A stretch of DNA of 15,360 nucleotides from Phycisphaerales bacterium (lineage in GTDB: Bacteria; Planctomycetota; Phycisphaerae; WQYP01), in NCBI GenBank assembly GCA_027451365.1, contig DAIDJN010000043.1:1-15360 (forward strand), written 5' to 3'. Below are positions 1 through 8,618 of this stretch, piece after piece; position 1 is the first letter of the stretch; each line of letters begins with the position of its first letter. The notes beneath the pieces were generated by a model. It made no database searches and was not told the DNA's origin. It saw only the letters and a list, made by a program, of their open reading frames with translations. The translations under genes were made by a program, and so were the position numbers.

Positions 1-183
1 AATAAAGACAATGTCAAGTTACAACACGACATTTACATGGGTACAAATTTAAGGCAAAATCGACCCGAAAAATCGCTGCAAACCACGATAAATCAAAGGC
101 TTGTAAACGACTCGATAGGCTTAAACTGGGGGGAACTACGGGCTAGTGTGATGCGTCGTTTTTTTTTCGGGGAATAATAATTT

Positions 184-2547
184 ATGAACAATCCACTTTC
201 ACCAGAAGAATTGCGTCAAATGGATGCTTACTGGCGTGCGGCAAATTATCTGTCCGTCGGGCAGATTTATCTATATGATAATCCGCTGCTTAAAGAGCCA
301 TTAAAGATTGAGCATATCAAACCAATGTTACTCGGACATTGGGGAACCACACCGGGACAAAATTTTATTTACGCGCATCTGAACCGCGTAATCAACAAAT
401 ATGATCTGAACATGATTTATCTATCCGGACCGGGGCATGGTGGACCGGCGGTGGTTGGCAATGTCTATCTGGAGGGTACTTACAGCGAAGTATATCCCAA
501 TGTCAGCCAGGATGAGGCAGGCCTGAAGAAGCTTTTCAAGCAATTTTCATTTCCCGGCGGAATTCCGAGCCATGCTGCCCCGGAAACGCCGGGATCCATT
601 CATGAAGGTGGCGAACTTGGTTATTCAATCAGTCACGCATTTGGCGCGGTTTTTGATAATCCTGACCTGATCGCCGCCTGTGTGGTGGGTGATGGAGAAG
701 CGGAAACCGGCCCTCTGGCCACGAGCTGGCATTCGAATAAGTTTCTTAATGCCAAAACGGATGGAGCGGTGCTGCCAATTTTGCACCTGAATGGCTACAA
801 GATCAGCAATCCAACTATTCTGGCACGCATAGAACCCGAAGAACTGGAACAATTGCTGCGCGGTTATGGCTGGGCACCGAGTTTTGTTGAAGGCCACGAA
901 CCGGACCTGATGCACCAGGCCATGGCGGCGGCTTTGAATTCGGCAGTGGAACGCATCCGGCAAATTCAGCAGGAAGCGCGCACACAAGGCAATACCATGC
1001 GCCCGCGCTGGCCCATGATTGTGCTGCGATCGCCCAAAGGCTGGACCGGTCCAAAAATAATTGATGGCCTGCCCGTGGAAGGATCATTCCGCGCCCACCA
1101 GGTGCCGCTGTCAGATCCGGCCACAAATTCCAGTCATCTTAAAATGCTGGAAAAATGGATGAAAAGTTACCATCCGGAAGAATTGTTTGACGACAAAGGC
1201 CGTCTGAAATCAGACATAGCCGCGCTGGCTCCCAAGGGCCGACGGCATATGGGCGCGAATCCTCATGCCAATGGCGGAGTTTTGCTGCGGAACCTGCAGA
1301 TGCCGGATTTTCGGAATTATGCCGTTGCTGTTCCGACGCCGGGCATCACGGGCATCGGTGATACGCGCGTACTTGCTCCGTTCCTGCGCGACATAGCCAG
1401 ACTGAATTCCGCTCCGCGAAATTTCCGCGTATTTGGCCCGGACGAAACGCTTTCCAACGGATTGGGCGCTATATTTGACCAGACCAATCGCCAATGGGAA
1501 GCACGCACTGTGCCCAACGACGAATTTCTTGCGGAAGTCGGCGGAGTACTGGACTCCATGCTCAGCGAGCACCAGTGTGAAGGCTGGCTGGAAGGATATC
1601 TGCTGACGGGCCGCCACGGCGTATTTAACTGTTACGAAGCATTCATACATATTGTTGATTCTATGTTTAATCAGCACGCCAAATGGCTGGAGGTTACGCG
1701 CGATCTTCCCTGGCGTGCGGATAGTTCCTCATTGAATTATTTGCTTTCGTCCCATGTCTGGCGTCAGGACCATAATGGCTTTACGCATCAGGACCCCGGC
1801 TTTCTGGATGTGGTCGTGAACAAAAAGTCGGATGTTGTGCGGGTGTATCTGCCGCCGGACGCCAACTGTCTTTTGTCCGTCATGGATCATTGCCTGCGCA
1901 GCCGACAGTATGTCAATGTCATAGTGGCCGGGAAACATCCTTCGCCTCAGTGGCTGGCAATGGACGCGGCGGCGGTTCACTGTGAAGAAGGCATAGGTAT
2001 CTGGAAATGGGCCAGCAATGATCATGGCGTTGAGCCGGATGTGGTGATGGCTTGTGCGGGCGATGTGCCCACGCTGGAAATACTGGCTGCGGTTTCGATT
2101 TTGCGTCGTGAATTGCCCGATCTGAAAATTCGCGTGGTCAATGTTGTGGATTTAATGAAGCTGCAGCCTGCCAGTGAACATCCGCATGGGCTGTCAGATG
2201 CTGATTTTAATTCGCTTTTTACAACGGATAAGCCGGTTATTTTCGCTTTTCACGGTTATCCGTGGCTGATTCACAGGCTGACTTATCGCCGGGCCAATCA
2301 CCGGAACCTTCATGTTCGCGGCTACAAGGAAAAGGGAACGATCACCACACCGTTTGACATGACGGTACTTAACGACATGGACCGTTTTCATCTGGTGCAG
2401 GACGTGGTGGACCGTCTGCCAGGGCTGGCCTCCAAGGCGGCTTATCTTAAACAGATGGTTCGGGATAAACTGATTGAGCACAAACGCTATATCAATCAGC
2501 ATGGAAAGGACCTTCCGGAAATTCGCAACTGGAAATGGGGAACGTAA
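184..2547 (+). CDS. xfp: Xylulose-5-phosphate/fructose-6-phosphate phosphoketolase (TPP-dependent)
   Basis: 787 aa with family motifs [36 protein letters not shown], the TPP-binding GDGEAETG...[45 protein letters not shown] and C-terminal PEIRNWKW. Confidence 0.97.
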   Translation: MNNPLSPEELRQMDAYWRAANYLSVGQIYLYDNPLLKEPLKIEHIKPMLLGHWGTTPGQNFIYAHLNRVINKYDLNMIYLSGPGHGGPAVVGNVYLEGTYSEVYPNVSQDEAGLKKLFKQFSFPGGIPSHAAPETPGSIHEGGELGYSISHAFGAVFDNPDLIAACVVGDGEAETGPLATSWHSNKFLNAKTDGAVLPILHLNGYKISNPTILARIEPEELEQLLRGYGWAPSFVEGHEPDLMHQAMAAALNSAVERIRQIQQEARTQGNTMRPRWPMIVLRSPKGWTGPKIIDGLPVEGSFRAHQVPLSDPATNSSHLKMLEKWMKSYHPEELFDDKGRLKSDIAALAPKGRRHMGANPHANGGVLLRNLQMPDFRNYAVAVPTPGITGIGDTRVLAPFLRDIARLNSAPRNFRVFGPDETLSNGLGAIFDQTNRQWEARTVPNDEFLAEVGGVLDSMLSEHQCEGWLEGYLLTGRHGVFNCYEAFIHIVDSMFNQHAKWLEVTRDLPWRADSSSLNYLLSSHVWRQDHNGFTHQDPGFLDVVVNKKSDVVRVYLPPDANCLLSVMDHCLRSRQYVNVIVAGKHPSPQWLAMDAAAVHCEEGIGIWKWASNDHGVEPDVVMACAGDVPTLEILAAVSILRRELPDLKIRVVNVVDLMKLQPASEHPHGLSDADFNSLFTTDKPVIFAFHGYPWLIHRLTYRRANHRNLHVRGYKEKGTITTPFDMTVLNDMDRFHLVQDVVDRLPGLASKAAYLKQMVRDKLIEHKRYINQHGKDLPEIRNWKWGT

Positions 2548-2674
2548 AACGAATCAGCTTTTTCCGATTTGAACGAGTCCGAATGCGATACCTGTGCGAC
2601 AGGAATAAGACGGAAATGTCCACGACGCGAAGCGAAAATCATGGAGGACAGGATATATATGCAAAGGCAGCTTT

Positions 2675-2908
2675 ATGGCAAATCGTTCACATAATCATCA
2701 GCACACCAGAGAAGAGCATGAAAAGGAACACCAGCATCATGGGGGCGAATCCGCAGGTCCCTACTGGAAACGGATGCACCGTGACTGGCGGTTCTGGACC
2801 GCACTGCTGCTGATGCTGGCGGCGATGGCGGTTTATTTACTGTCAGGCAACGAGGCGCTGCGCCCCAATGGGACGGTGCATCCTTCAGTGCCGGCCGCAG
2901 GCGGGTAA
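2675..2908 (+). CDS. Small single-pass membrane protein with His/Glu-rich N-terminus (hypothetical)
   Basis: 77 aa; AAAGG (2663-2667) lies 7 nt before the ATG. 7 His in the first 22 residues, then an aromatic/basic WKRMHRDWRFW segment and a hydrophobic TALLLMLAAMAVYLL stretch. Fits the gap between xfp and the convergent ATPase without overlap. Confidence 0.65.
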   Translation: MANRSHNHQHTREEHEKEHQHHGGESAGPYWKRMHRDWRFWTALLLMLAAMAVYLLSGNEALRPNGTVHPSVPAAGG

Positions 2909-2929
2909 TGGCGGAATCTGCCCCGCCAT
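2908..2929. terminator. Hairpin between convergent genes (possible weak or bidirectional terminator)
   Basis: ATGGCGG-aatctgcc-CCGCCAT, 7-bp stem directly after the small-ORF stop; no U-tract. Confidence 0.3.
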
Positions 2930-2951
2930 CGCACCTTGGCGCCATAAGGCC

Positions 2952-5297
2952 TCAACCGCCAGCCAATCGACGCATGAACGGCTTTTTTACGGTGTCTAGC
3001 AGGAACATCATGACAATGGTGGCGGCTAACAAAACCAATACCATCATAATGGGCACCGGGGTCATCAAAAGCCCAAAGACCGCCATTGCGGATACCACGA
3101 CCACATCTCCAACGGTGGCACAGAGCAGAAAGGTTCCCGGACGGGACTTCCAGAATGAGCCGCTTTCGCGCACCAGATACACCGTTGCCAGTCCACTGAA
3201 TACCAAGGCCAGAAAGACCAGAGTTTGTGTCGCCGGCAAGGAAAGATAATGCCGCCCGGCGTAGAACACAGCGAAGCAGTACAAAAGCCACGCAATGGCA
3301 ATAACGGCGGATGACCCCATTAGAATTTTAATATTCCAGCGGTTCGGATGCGGTGAAGAAGTAACACGATCACTGGCCAGGGACATGGTGACGAAATCGC
3401 TGGCGAACAGCAGCAATAGCACCAACCGCGGCGTGGTGACCAGAGAACCGGTGATCAGCAGGCCCATGCTCAAAAACAAAGCCACCTGGATGGTTTTGGC
3501 AACTTTATTGGTGGTGTAGGTAAGCATGCGGCGATAAACTTTCCGGCCAATGTTCACCGCATCGGTCAGATGCGAAATGCCCGGCTTGGTAAGCACGAGG
3601 CTGGCCGCGGAACGGGCGACATCGGTGGCGTTGGATACTGCAATGCCAACTTCCGCCTGTTTAAGTGCCGGTGCATCATTCACGCCATCCCCGGTCATTC
3701 CCGTGACGATATGACGCTTTTGAAGCTGGCGAACGAGCGCAATTTTGTCTTCCGGAAACACGCCGGCAAACACATCGGCATCAATCAGGCCCTTTTCAAT
3801 GTCAGAACGGTCGGCGGCTTTATTTCCAATACCAAGCTGCACGGCAATCGCCTGCGCCGTGGATTGACCATCCCCGGTTACCATTCGCACGCGAATGCCC
3901 AATGCCTGCAGTTTTGCGATGGTATCATGCGATTCCGGACGCGGTGGATCATGCAGCGAAAGCAGTCCGATGAGTTTTAATTCACCATCCGTTTGAGCGG
4001 CCACCGCCATCACACGATTGCCCTGAGCCGCAAGCGCGTCGGCCAGTTGGAGGCTGTCAGCCGGATTTTTGCACAAGGCGACGAGCGTCTTGGGCGCCCC
4101 TTTCATGGCACGGGCCTTTTTACCATCAAGTTCCAGTTCGGCTTCAGCTCTTTTGGTGGCTGGATCAAAAGGGATTAACCTGGTCCGCTTCCAGTGAAAG
4201 GATTCAACGGGGTTCTGCTGATATGTTTTCAGAATAGCCAGATCAATGGGGTCCTGCGTGCCGGCATCGCAGGTTTGTGCGGCAAATGCCAGAACATCCG
4301 GTTCGGACGCACCATTAACGGGTTGGATTTTTTCCAGGGCCAATTCGTTGAGCGTCAGTGTGCCGGTTTTGTCGCAGCAGAGTTCCTGCATGCCGGCAAG
4401 TTCCTGAATAGCGGACAGACGCGTAACGAGTACATTCAGTTTGGCCATATCCAATGATGCGGCAGCCTGGGCCAGGGTAAACGTTACAGGGAGCGCCACA
4501 GGAACAGAAGCCACCAGCAGAATAAGGGCAAACGGCAAAATAACCGACCAGGCAATCCCCATCATAAAGGCGTACACAAGAACAATAGCCACCAGCGTCA
4601 CATCCATGATCAGCAGATATTTGACGATGGAAAATATAATCTGTTCCATGTGGCCCACGGTTTTTGCGCCGCGCACAAGTTCGGCGGTTATGCCAAAGTT
4701 GCTTTTGGCTCCGGTGGCCGTGACTTGTGCCGCCGCCTCACCGCGCTTGACGATTGATCCGGAACGGACATCACCGCCTGTGGCAAGTTCAACCGGGGCG
4801 GATTCGCCGGTCAAAGCGGACTGATCCACTTGAATATTTCCATGAATAAGATGGGCGTCCGCCGGCACCATGTCGCCCATGCGCAGGTACATGCAATCAC
4901 CGGGAACCAGATCGCGTGCGGGCACCGGAAGCCACTTGCCATCGCGCATGACCCGGGCGCTAACTTCCAGACGATGGCGGAGAATGTCCAGGGCGGACTG
5001 GGCTTTGCCTTCTTCAACAAATCCCAGTATTGCATTACCGACAAGCAGCAATGCAATAATGACAGCTTCCACCGGTTTGAGCAGCGCCAGTTCCAGAATA
5101 AAAGTGACTTCGAGCATCCATGGCACGGGTGCCCAGAACTTTGCCAAAAAGGCCCGAACAGGATGTGGCTTTTGTTCAGGAATGGCATTGGGGCCGAACT
5201 TTTTGAGCCGTGCGGCGGCCTCCTGCGTGGAAAGCCCGCTGGCGGCATCAATCGCTGGAATGCTTTCCGGTTTCAGTGCGGAAGCATGCGGTGCCAT
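2952..5297 (-). CDS. Plasma-membrane proton-efflux P-type ATPase (P3A, Pma1/AHA-like)
   Basis: Motifs GLSTQEAAARL..FGPN, PVPWMLE, DQSALTGES, SVPVALP (M4), phosphorylation site CCDKTGTLT, PFDP, KGAP, DPPRP, VTGDG, TGDGVNDAPALK, and an M6 Asp (FASDFVT). Start moved from 5405 to ATG 5297 (MAPHASAL...), which has GGGAGA 7 nt upstream; 781 aa. Confidence 0.92.
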   Translation of the reverse strand: MAPHASALKPESIPAIDAASGLSTQEAAARLKKFGPNAIPEQKPHPVRAFLAKFWAPVPWMLEVTFILELALLKPVEAVIIALLLVGNAILGFVEEGKAQSALDILRHRLEVSARVMRDGKWLPVPARDLVPGDCMYLRMGDMVPADAHLIHGNIQVDQSALTGESAPVELATGGDVRSGSIVKRGEAAAQVTATGAKSNFGITAELVRGAKTVGHMEQIIFSIVKYLLIMDVTLVAIVLVYAFMMGIAWSVILPFALILLVASVPVALPVTFTLAQAAASLDMAKLNVLVTRLSAIQELAGMQELCCDKTGTLTLNELALEKIQPVNGASEPDVLAFAAQTCDAGTQDPIDLAILKTYQQNPVESFHWKRTRLIPFDPATKRAEAELELDGKKARAMKGAPKTLVALCKNPADSLQLADALAAQGNRVMAVAAQTDGELKLIGLLSLHDPPRPESHDTIAKLQALGIRVRMVTGDGQSTAQAIAVQLGIGNKAADRSDIEKGLIDADVFAGVFPEDKIALVRQLQKRHIVTGMTGDGVNDAPALKQAEVGIAVSNATDVARSAASLVLTKPGISHLTDAVNIGRKVYRRMLTYTTNKVAKTIQVALFLSMGLLITGSLVTTPRLVLLLLFASDFVTMSLASDRVTSSPHPNRWNIKILMGSSAVIAIAWLLYCFAVFYAGRHYLSLPATQTLVFLALVFSGLATVYLVRESGSFWKSRPGTFLLCATVGDVVVVSAMAVFGLLMTPVPIMMVLVLLAATIVMMFLLDTVKKPFMRRLAGG

Positions 5298-5411
5298 AGA
5301 ATGATCTCCCATTGCAGGCGGACAACCGCCATGATAGCGTGTCCTCGGTTCGCCGGAAATATGGCACAATCGGAGATGGCCATTCTTGCGAAGTTGTCCA
5401 TTCAACGTTGC

Positions 5412-5951
5412 TCAGGCTTTAGATAAGCTTGGTTCCGGGGCAACCGCGTGCGAATTTGTTCTTGCTGCCGTCCGGCTTAAAATCTGCCGTGCCGTGTCAA
5501 TGTCGTTAAGCGATCCATGTGCGAGCACTAAAAATTTGCTCATTTTGATATCGCTTTCATATTGCAGTGCGCTGTTTTTGGGGATTCCGATGCTGAAAAG
5601 AGCCGCGCCCAAGGCGGAAAGTCCCCCCACCACCACGGCTCCTTCAATTGCGCCAAATATCCAACCAGCCAACGGGCCAAGCACAAACAGCGGTCCGACA
5701 CCCGGCACCATGAACATGGCGGAACCAAACAGCAGACCGAGCAGGCCGCCCCAGATGGCGCCATTTTTTCCCCAGAAAATCGCTCTTTCCGGCGCATTGT
5801 AATACCCCATGACATGCTGTTCGTTTTCCATTCCTTTGCCCAGAATGGAAAGCTTTTTCATATCAAAGCCGGCTTTCTGAAGTTCCTTGACAGCCTCTTC
5901 AGCCCCTGCATGGGTGTCATAAGTTGCAACAACAATGTTTTCGACAGACAT
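5412..5951 (-). CDS. General stress protein (YflT/17M-like N-terminus with glycine-rich membrane segment)
   Basis: Start moved to ATG 5951 (GGAG 5 nt upstream); 179 aa. VVATYDTHAGAEEAVKELQKAGFDMKKLSILGK, then GAIWGGLLGLLFG...PGVGPLFVLGPL...GGLSALGAALFSIGIPK and YESDIK..KFLVLAHG. Upstream stop-to-ATPase-start gap is 114 nt, so probably co-transcribed. Confidence 0.8.
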   Translation of the reverse strand: MSVENIVVATYDTHAGAEEAVKELQKAGFDMKKLSILGKGMENEQHVMGYYNAPERAIFWGKNGAIWGGLLGLLFGSAMFMVPGVGPLFVLGPLAGWIFGAIEGAVVVGGLSALGAALFSIGIPKNSALQYESDIKMSKFLVLAHGSLNDIDTARQILSRTAARTNSHAVAPEPSLSKA

Positions 5952-6295
5952 AATCACTCCTGACAAAAAAGAGAATACACTCTTTGCCCCAATGTATAGT
6001 AGGCTCGCCGCAATGCTTTTTCCATTTCCGGGTATAGCCACCGTTGCGGCGAATGATGCGGGGCATCCGGCATTGGTCGCACCGGCAGACGCATAATGAG
6101 GCGCACCGCGATGCGCAATGCGACCGCGGCAACGGCCCCCTTCCTTTTTCGGTTGCCAGGCAACGGAATCACAATGTGCAGCCATCCCCCCGAGCGGACG
6201 GATATAATTCAGTAAATGATTGACGAGACTGTCCAATGTAGAACGACGAACATGCAGGCGGCGATGTTATTCACATTTTCTGAAAGGAATACAAC

Positions 6296-7327
6296 ATGAA
6301 CAGTGCAGAATTAATTCACACAGCGCAGGCATTGGTCGCCCCGGGCAAGGGTCTGCTGGCAATGGATGAAAGCAATCCCACATGCAATAAGCGATTTGCA
6401 GCACTCGGCATTCCACAGACGGCGGAGGCGCGGCAAGCATATCGGGATTTAATTGTAACCACTCCGCATCTTGGAGATTTTATCAGCGGAGCCATTTTAT
6501 TCGACGAGACCGTTGGCCAGAAAACAATGAAGGGCGACTCATTTATTGACGCTCTACAAACAGCAAACATTATTCCGGGCATAAAGGTCGATCTGGGTAC
6601 GACGGATATGGCCGCATTTCCCGGCGAAAAAGTGACCGAAGGCCTGGACGGTCTGCGCTCGCGACTGCGTCGATATCGGGCGGCGGGACTGCTTTTTGCC
6701 AAGTGGCGGGCGGTAATCGCCATTGGCGACGGTCTTCCCACAGATTGCTGTATTCATGCCAACATGCATGCACTGGCGCGATATGCCGCTTTGTGCCAGG
6801 AGGCCGAAGTGGTTCCGATAGTGGAACCGGAGGTTCTTATGGAGGGCAACCACACGTTAAAGCAATGCCTTGTGATAACTGAAAAGGTACAACATTCGCT
6901 TTTTGATCAGCTTTATATGCAGCGGGTCGATTTCCAAGGATTGCTTCTTAAGCCGAACATGGTGTTACCCGGCACAGTTTGCCCGGAACAGAATCATGTG
7001 GATGAAGTGGCCAATGCGACCGTGACGTGTCTGCTGCGCACTGTTCCAGCGGCGGTGCCGGGAGTGGCCTTTTTGTCCGGCGGCCAATCCGCCCGGCTGG
7101 CGTCAGAACGATTGAACACAATGAACGTCCAGTTTAAAGGACGCATGCCCTGGGCGTTAACATTTTCGTTTTCGCGAGCCATTCAGCAACCGGCTCTTGA
7201 CTTGTGGAAGGGACGGCCGGAAAACGTCATGGCCGCACAAAAGGCGCTCCTTCACCGCGCCAGTTGTAATGGCCGTGCGCGACAGGGACTATACAACCCG
7301 GACATGGAATTGTCCCCGAAAACCTGA
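6296..7327 (+). CDS. Class I fructose-bisphosphate aldolase (eukaryote-like glycolytic family)
   Basis: 343 aa; GKGLLAMDES, ISGAILFDET, GIKVD, GLDGL, FAKWR, LARYAALCQ, VPIVEPE, Schiff-base LLKPNM, FLSGGQS, WALTFSFSRA. SD GAAAGGA upstream. Confidence 0.96.
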   Translation: MNSAELIHTAQALVAPGKGLLAMDESNPTCNKRFAALGIPQTAEARQAYRDLIVTTPHLGDFISGAILFDETVGQKTMKGDSFIDALQTANIIPGIKVDLGTTDMAAFPGEKVTEGLDGLRSRLRRYRAAGLLFAKWRAVIAIGDGLPTDCCIHANMHALARYAALCQEAEVVPIVEPEVLMEGNHTLKQCLVITEKVQHSLFDQLYMQRVDFQGLLLKPNMVLPGTVCPEQNHVDEVANATVTCLLRTVPAAVPGVAFLSGGQSARLASERLNTMNVQFKGRMPWALTFSFSRAIQQPALDLWKGRPENVMAAQKALLHRASCNGRARQGLYNPDMELSPKT

Positions 7328-7402
7328 AGCGATCGCAAGTCCTGTCATGCGGCGGAAATAAGCGGTAAACTTGTACCATGACTGCGTGAATGGAGATGCA
7401 CA

Positions 7403-8611
7403 TTGACTAAATCCCGCAACAGCACCAAATTAAGATCGATTTCCGCGGCAGGCCGGCGCTCGCAACTGCCACCGATTGCGGGACGACCATTGGCGGAAAT
7501 AATCCATTTTATGGAGTCCATTGCCCCCCCCTGCCTGGCTGAAGACTGGGATCATGTGGGACTTTTAAGCTCGCCGCGTAACCGGGACCAGCCCATTAAG
7601 CGCGTTTTGATCGCGCTGGACCTGACCGCCCGCGTGAGGGACAAGGCGCTGGCTGCGGAAAATACGCTGCTGGTCTGCTATCATCCGCCGCTGTTAAAGC
7701 CGGTGGAAAATTTATGTGTCCGCGATCAGACACCGGCGAGCCTGGCAGTGGAATTAAGTCAGAATAATGTGTGGGTATACAGTCCGCACACAGCACTGGA
7801 TATTGCCTCAGGAGGCACCAACGATTGTCTTGCCGCCGAATTGAATCTAAGTGTGACAGGTTCACTTCTGCTTAAGCCAGCAAAAGGAGCGACCGTTAAA
7901 CTGGTGGTGTTTATACCGGAAAGCCATCTGGAACAAGTGGCCGCGGCGGTATTTGAAGCGGGTGCCGGCAAGATAGGCATCAACAGCCGCTACACGCAGT
8001 GCAGTTTTCGCACTCGCGGTACGGGAACATTTTTCGGGGATGAATCGACTTCACCGGCCGCAGGCCGCAAGGGCCAGTTAGAATTTGTGCCGGAAATACG
8101 CTTTGAAACAATTGTCCCCCGAAGCCATCTGGCACCGGTAGTCGCCGCGCTGCGGGCCAGCCATCCGTATGAAGAACCGGCGTTTGATCTGCTGGCGATG
8201 GAAAACCCGCCGGAGGAACCGGGCCTGGGCAGGATAGCCCGATTCAGTCAGCCGCTGACGCTTGGGCAGATTGCCCGCAATTGTCGCAGTCAACTGAAAT
8301 TAAAAGCCGTCGCGGTTATCGGCGACCCGCAGACGATATTGCAAAGTGCTGCAATTATTGCGGGGAGTTCTGGATCGGAGCCGGCCTCGGCCATGAAATT
8401 ACGGATGATAGATTGTCTGATAACCGGGGAACTCAAACATCACGACATGCTGCATTATGCGGGCATGGGCCTGTCGGCGATTTGCCTTGGCCACGCCGCC
8501 AGCGAGCAGCCGGTGCTTCGGTCGGTGGCCAGGCGGTTAAAAGCCGCTTATCCACAATTGAATGTTCAGGTTTTAAGCGGTCCGGACGACAGCCCGATTT
8601 TGTGGATGTAA
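7403..8611 (+). CDS. Nif3-like dinuclear metal-centre protein (YqfO type, with PII-like insertion)
   Basis: APPCLAEDWDHVGL, YHPP, PHTALD, inserted KLVVFIP...GAGKIG...CSF..RGTGTF...HPYEEPAFDL domain, ITGELKHH, GHAASE. TTG start with GGAG upstream; exact start uncertain. Confidence 0.93.
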   Translation: MTKSRNSTKLRSISAAGRRSQLPPIAGRPLAEIIHFMESIAPPCLAEDWDHVGLLSSPRNRDQPIKRVLIALDLTARVRDKALAAENTLLVCYHPPLLKPVENLCVRDQTPASLAVELSQNNVWVYSPHTALDIASGGTNDCLAAELNLSVTGSLLLKPAKGATVKLVVFIPESHLEQVAAAVFEAGAGKIGINSRYTQCSFRTRGTGTFFGDESTSPAAGRKGQLEFVPEIRFETIVPRSHLAPVVAALRASHPYEEPAFDLLAMENPPEEPGLGRIARFSQPLTLGQIARNCRSQLKLKAVAVIGDPQTILQSAAIIAGSSGSEPASAMKLRMIDCLITGELKHHDMLHYAGMGLSAICLGHAASEQPVLRSVARRLKAAYPQLNVQVLSGPDDSPILWM

Positions 8612-8618
8612 TGCCGCC

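Noticed and set aside
128..167. G6 and T9 homopolymers upstream of xfp as a phase-variation switch
   Set aside because: Short tracts with no clear position in a promoter spacer and no evidence of length variation.
2535..2813. 92-aa ORF overlapping the xfp end, and an 11-aa ORF at 2659-2694
   Set aside because: No recognisable features; both overlap the more protein-like 2675-2908 ORF. The short one has an SD-like sequence but no other support.
5298..5405. N-terminal extension of the ATPase in the ORF track (817 aa)
   Set aside because: Not ATPase-like; a good SD precedes ATG 5297.
5952..6236. 95-aa N-terminal extension of the stress protein
   Set aside because: Covers the divergent promoter region; the SD and family-like sequence begin at ATG 5951.
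6260..6278. CRP-like site GGCGA-N6-TCACA before the aldolase
   Set aside because: Only one good half-site; expected by chance.
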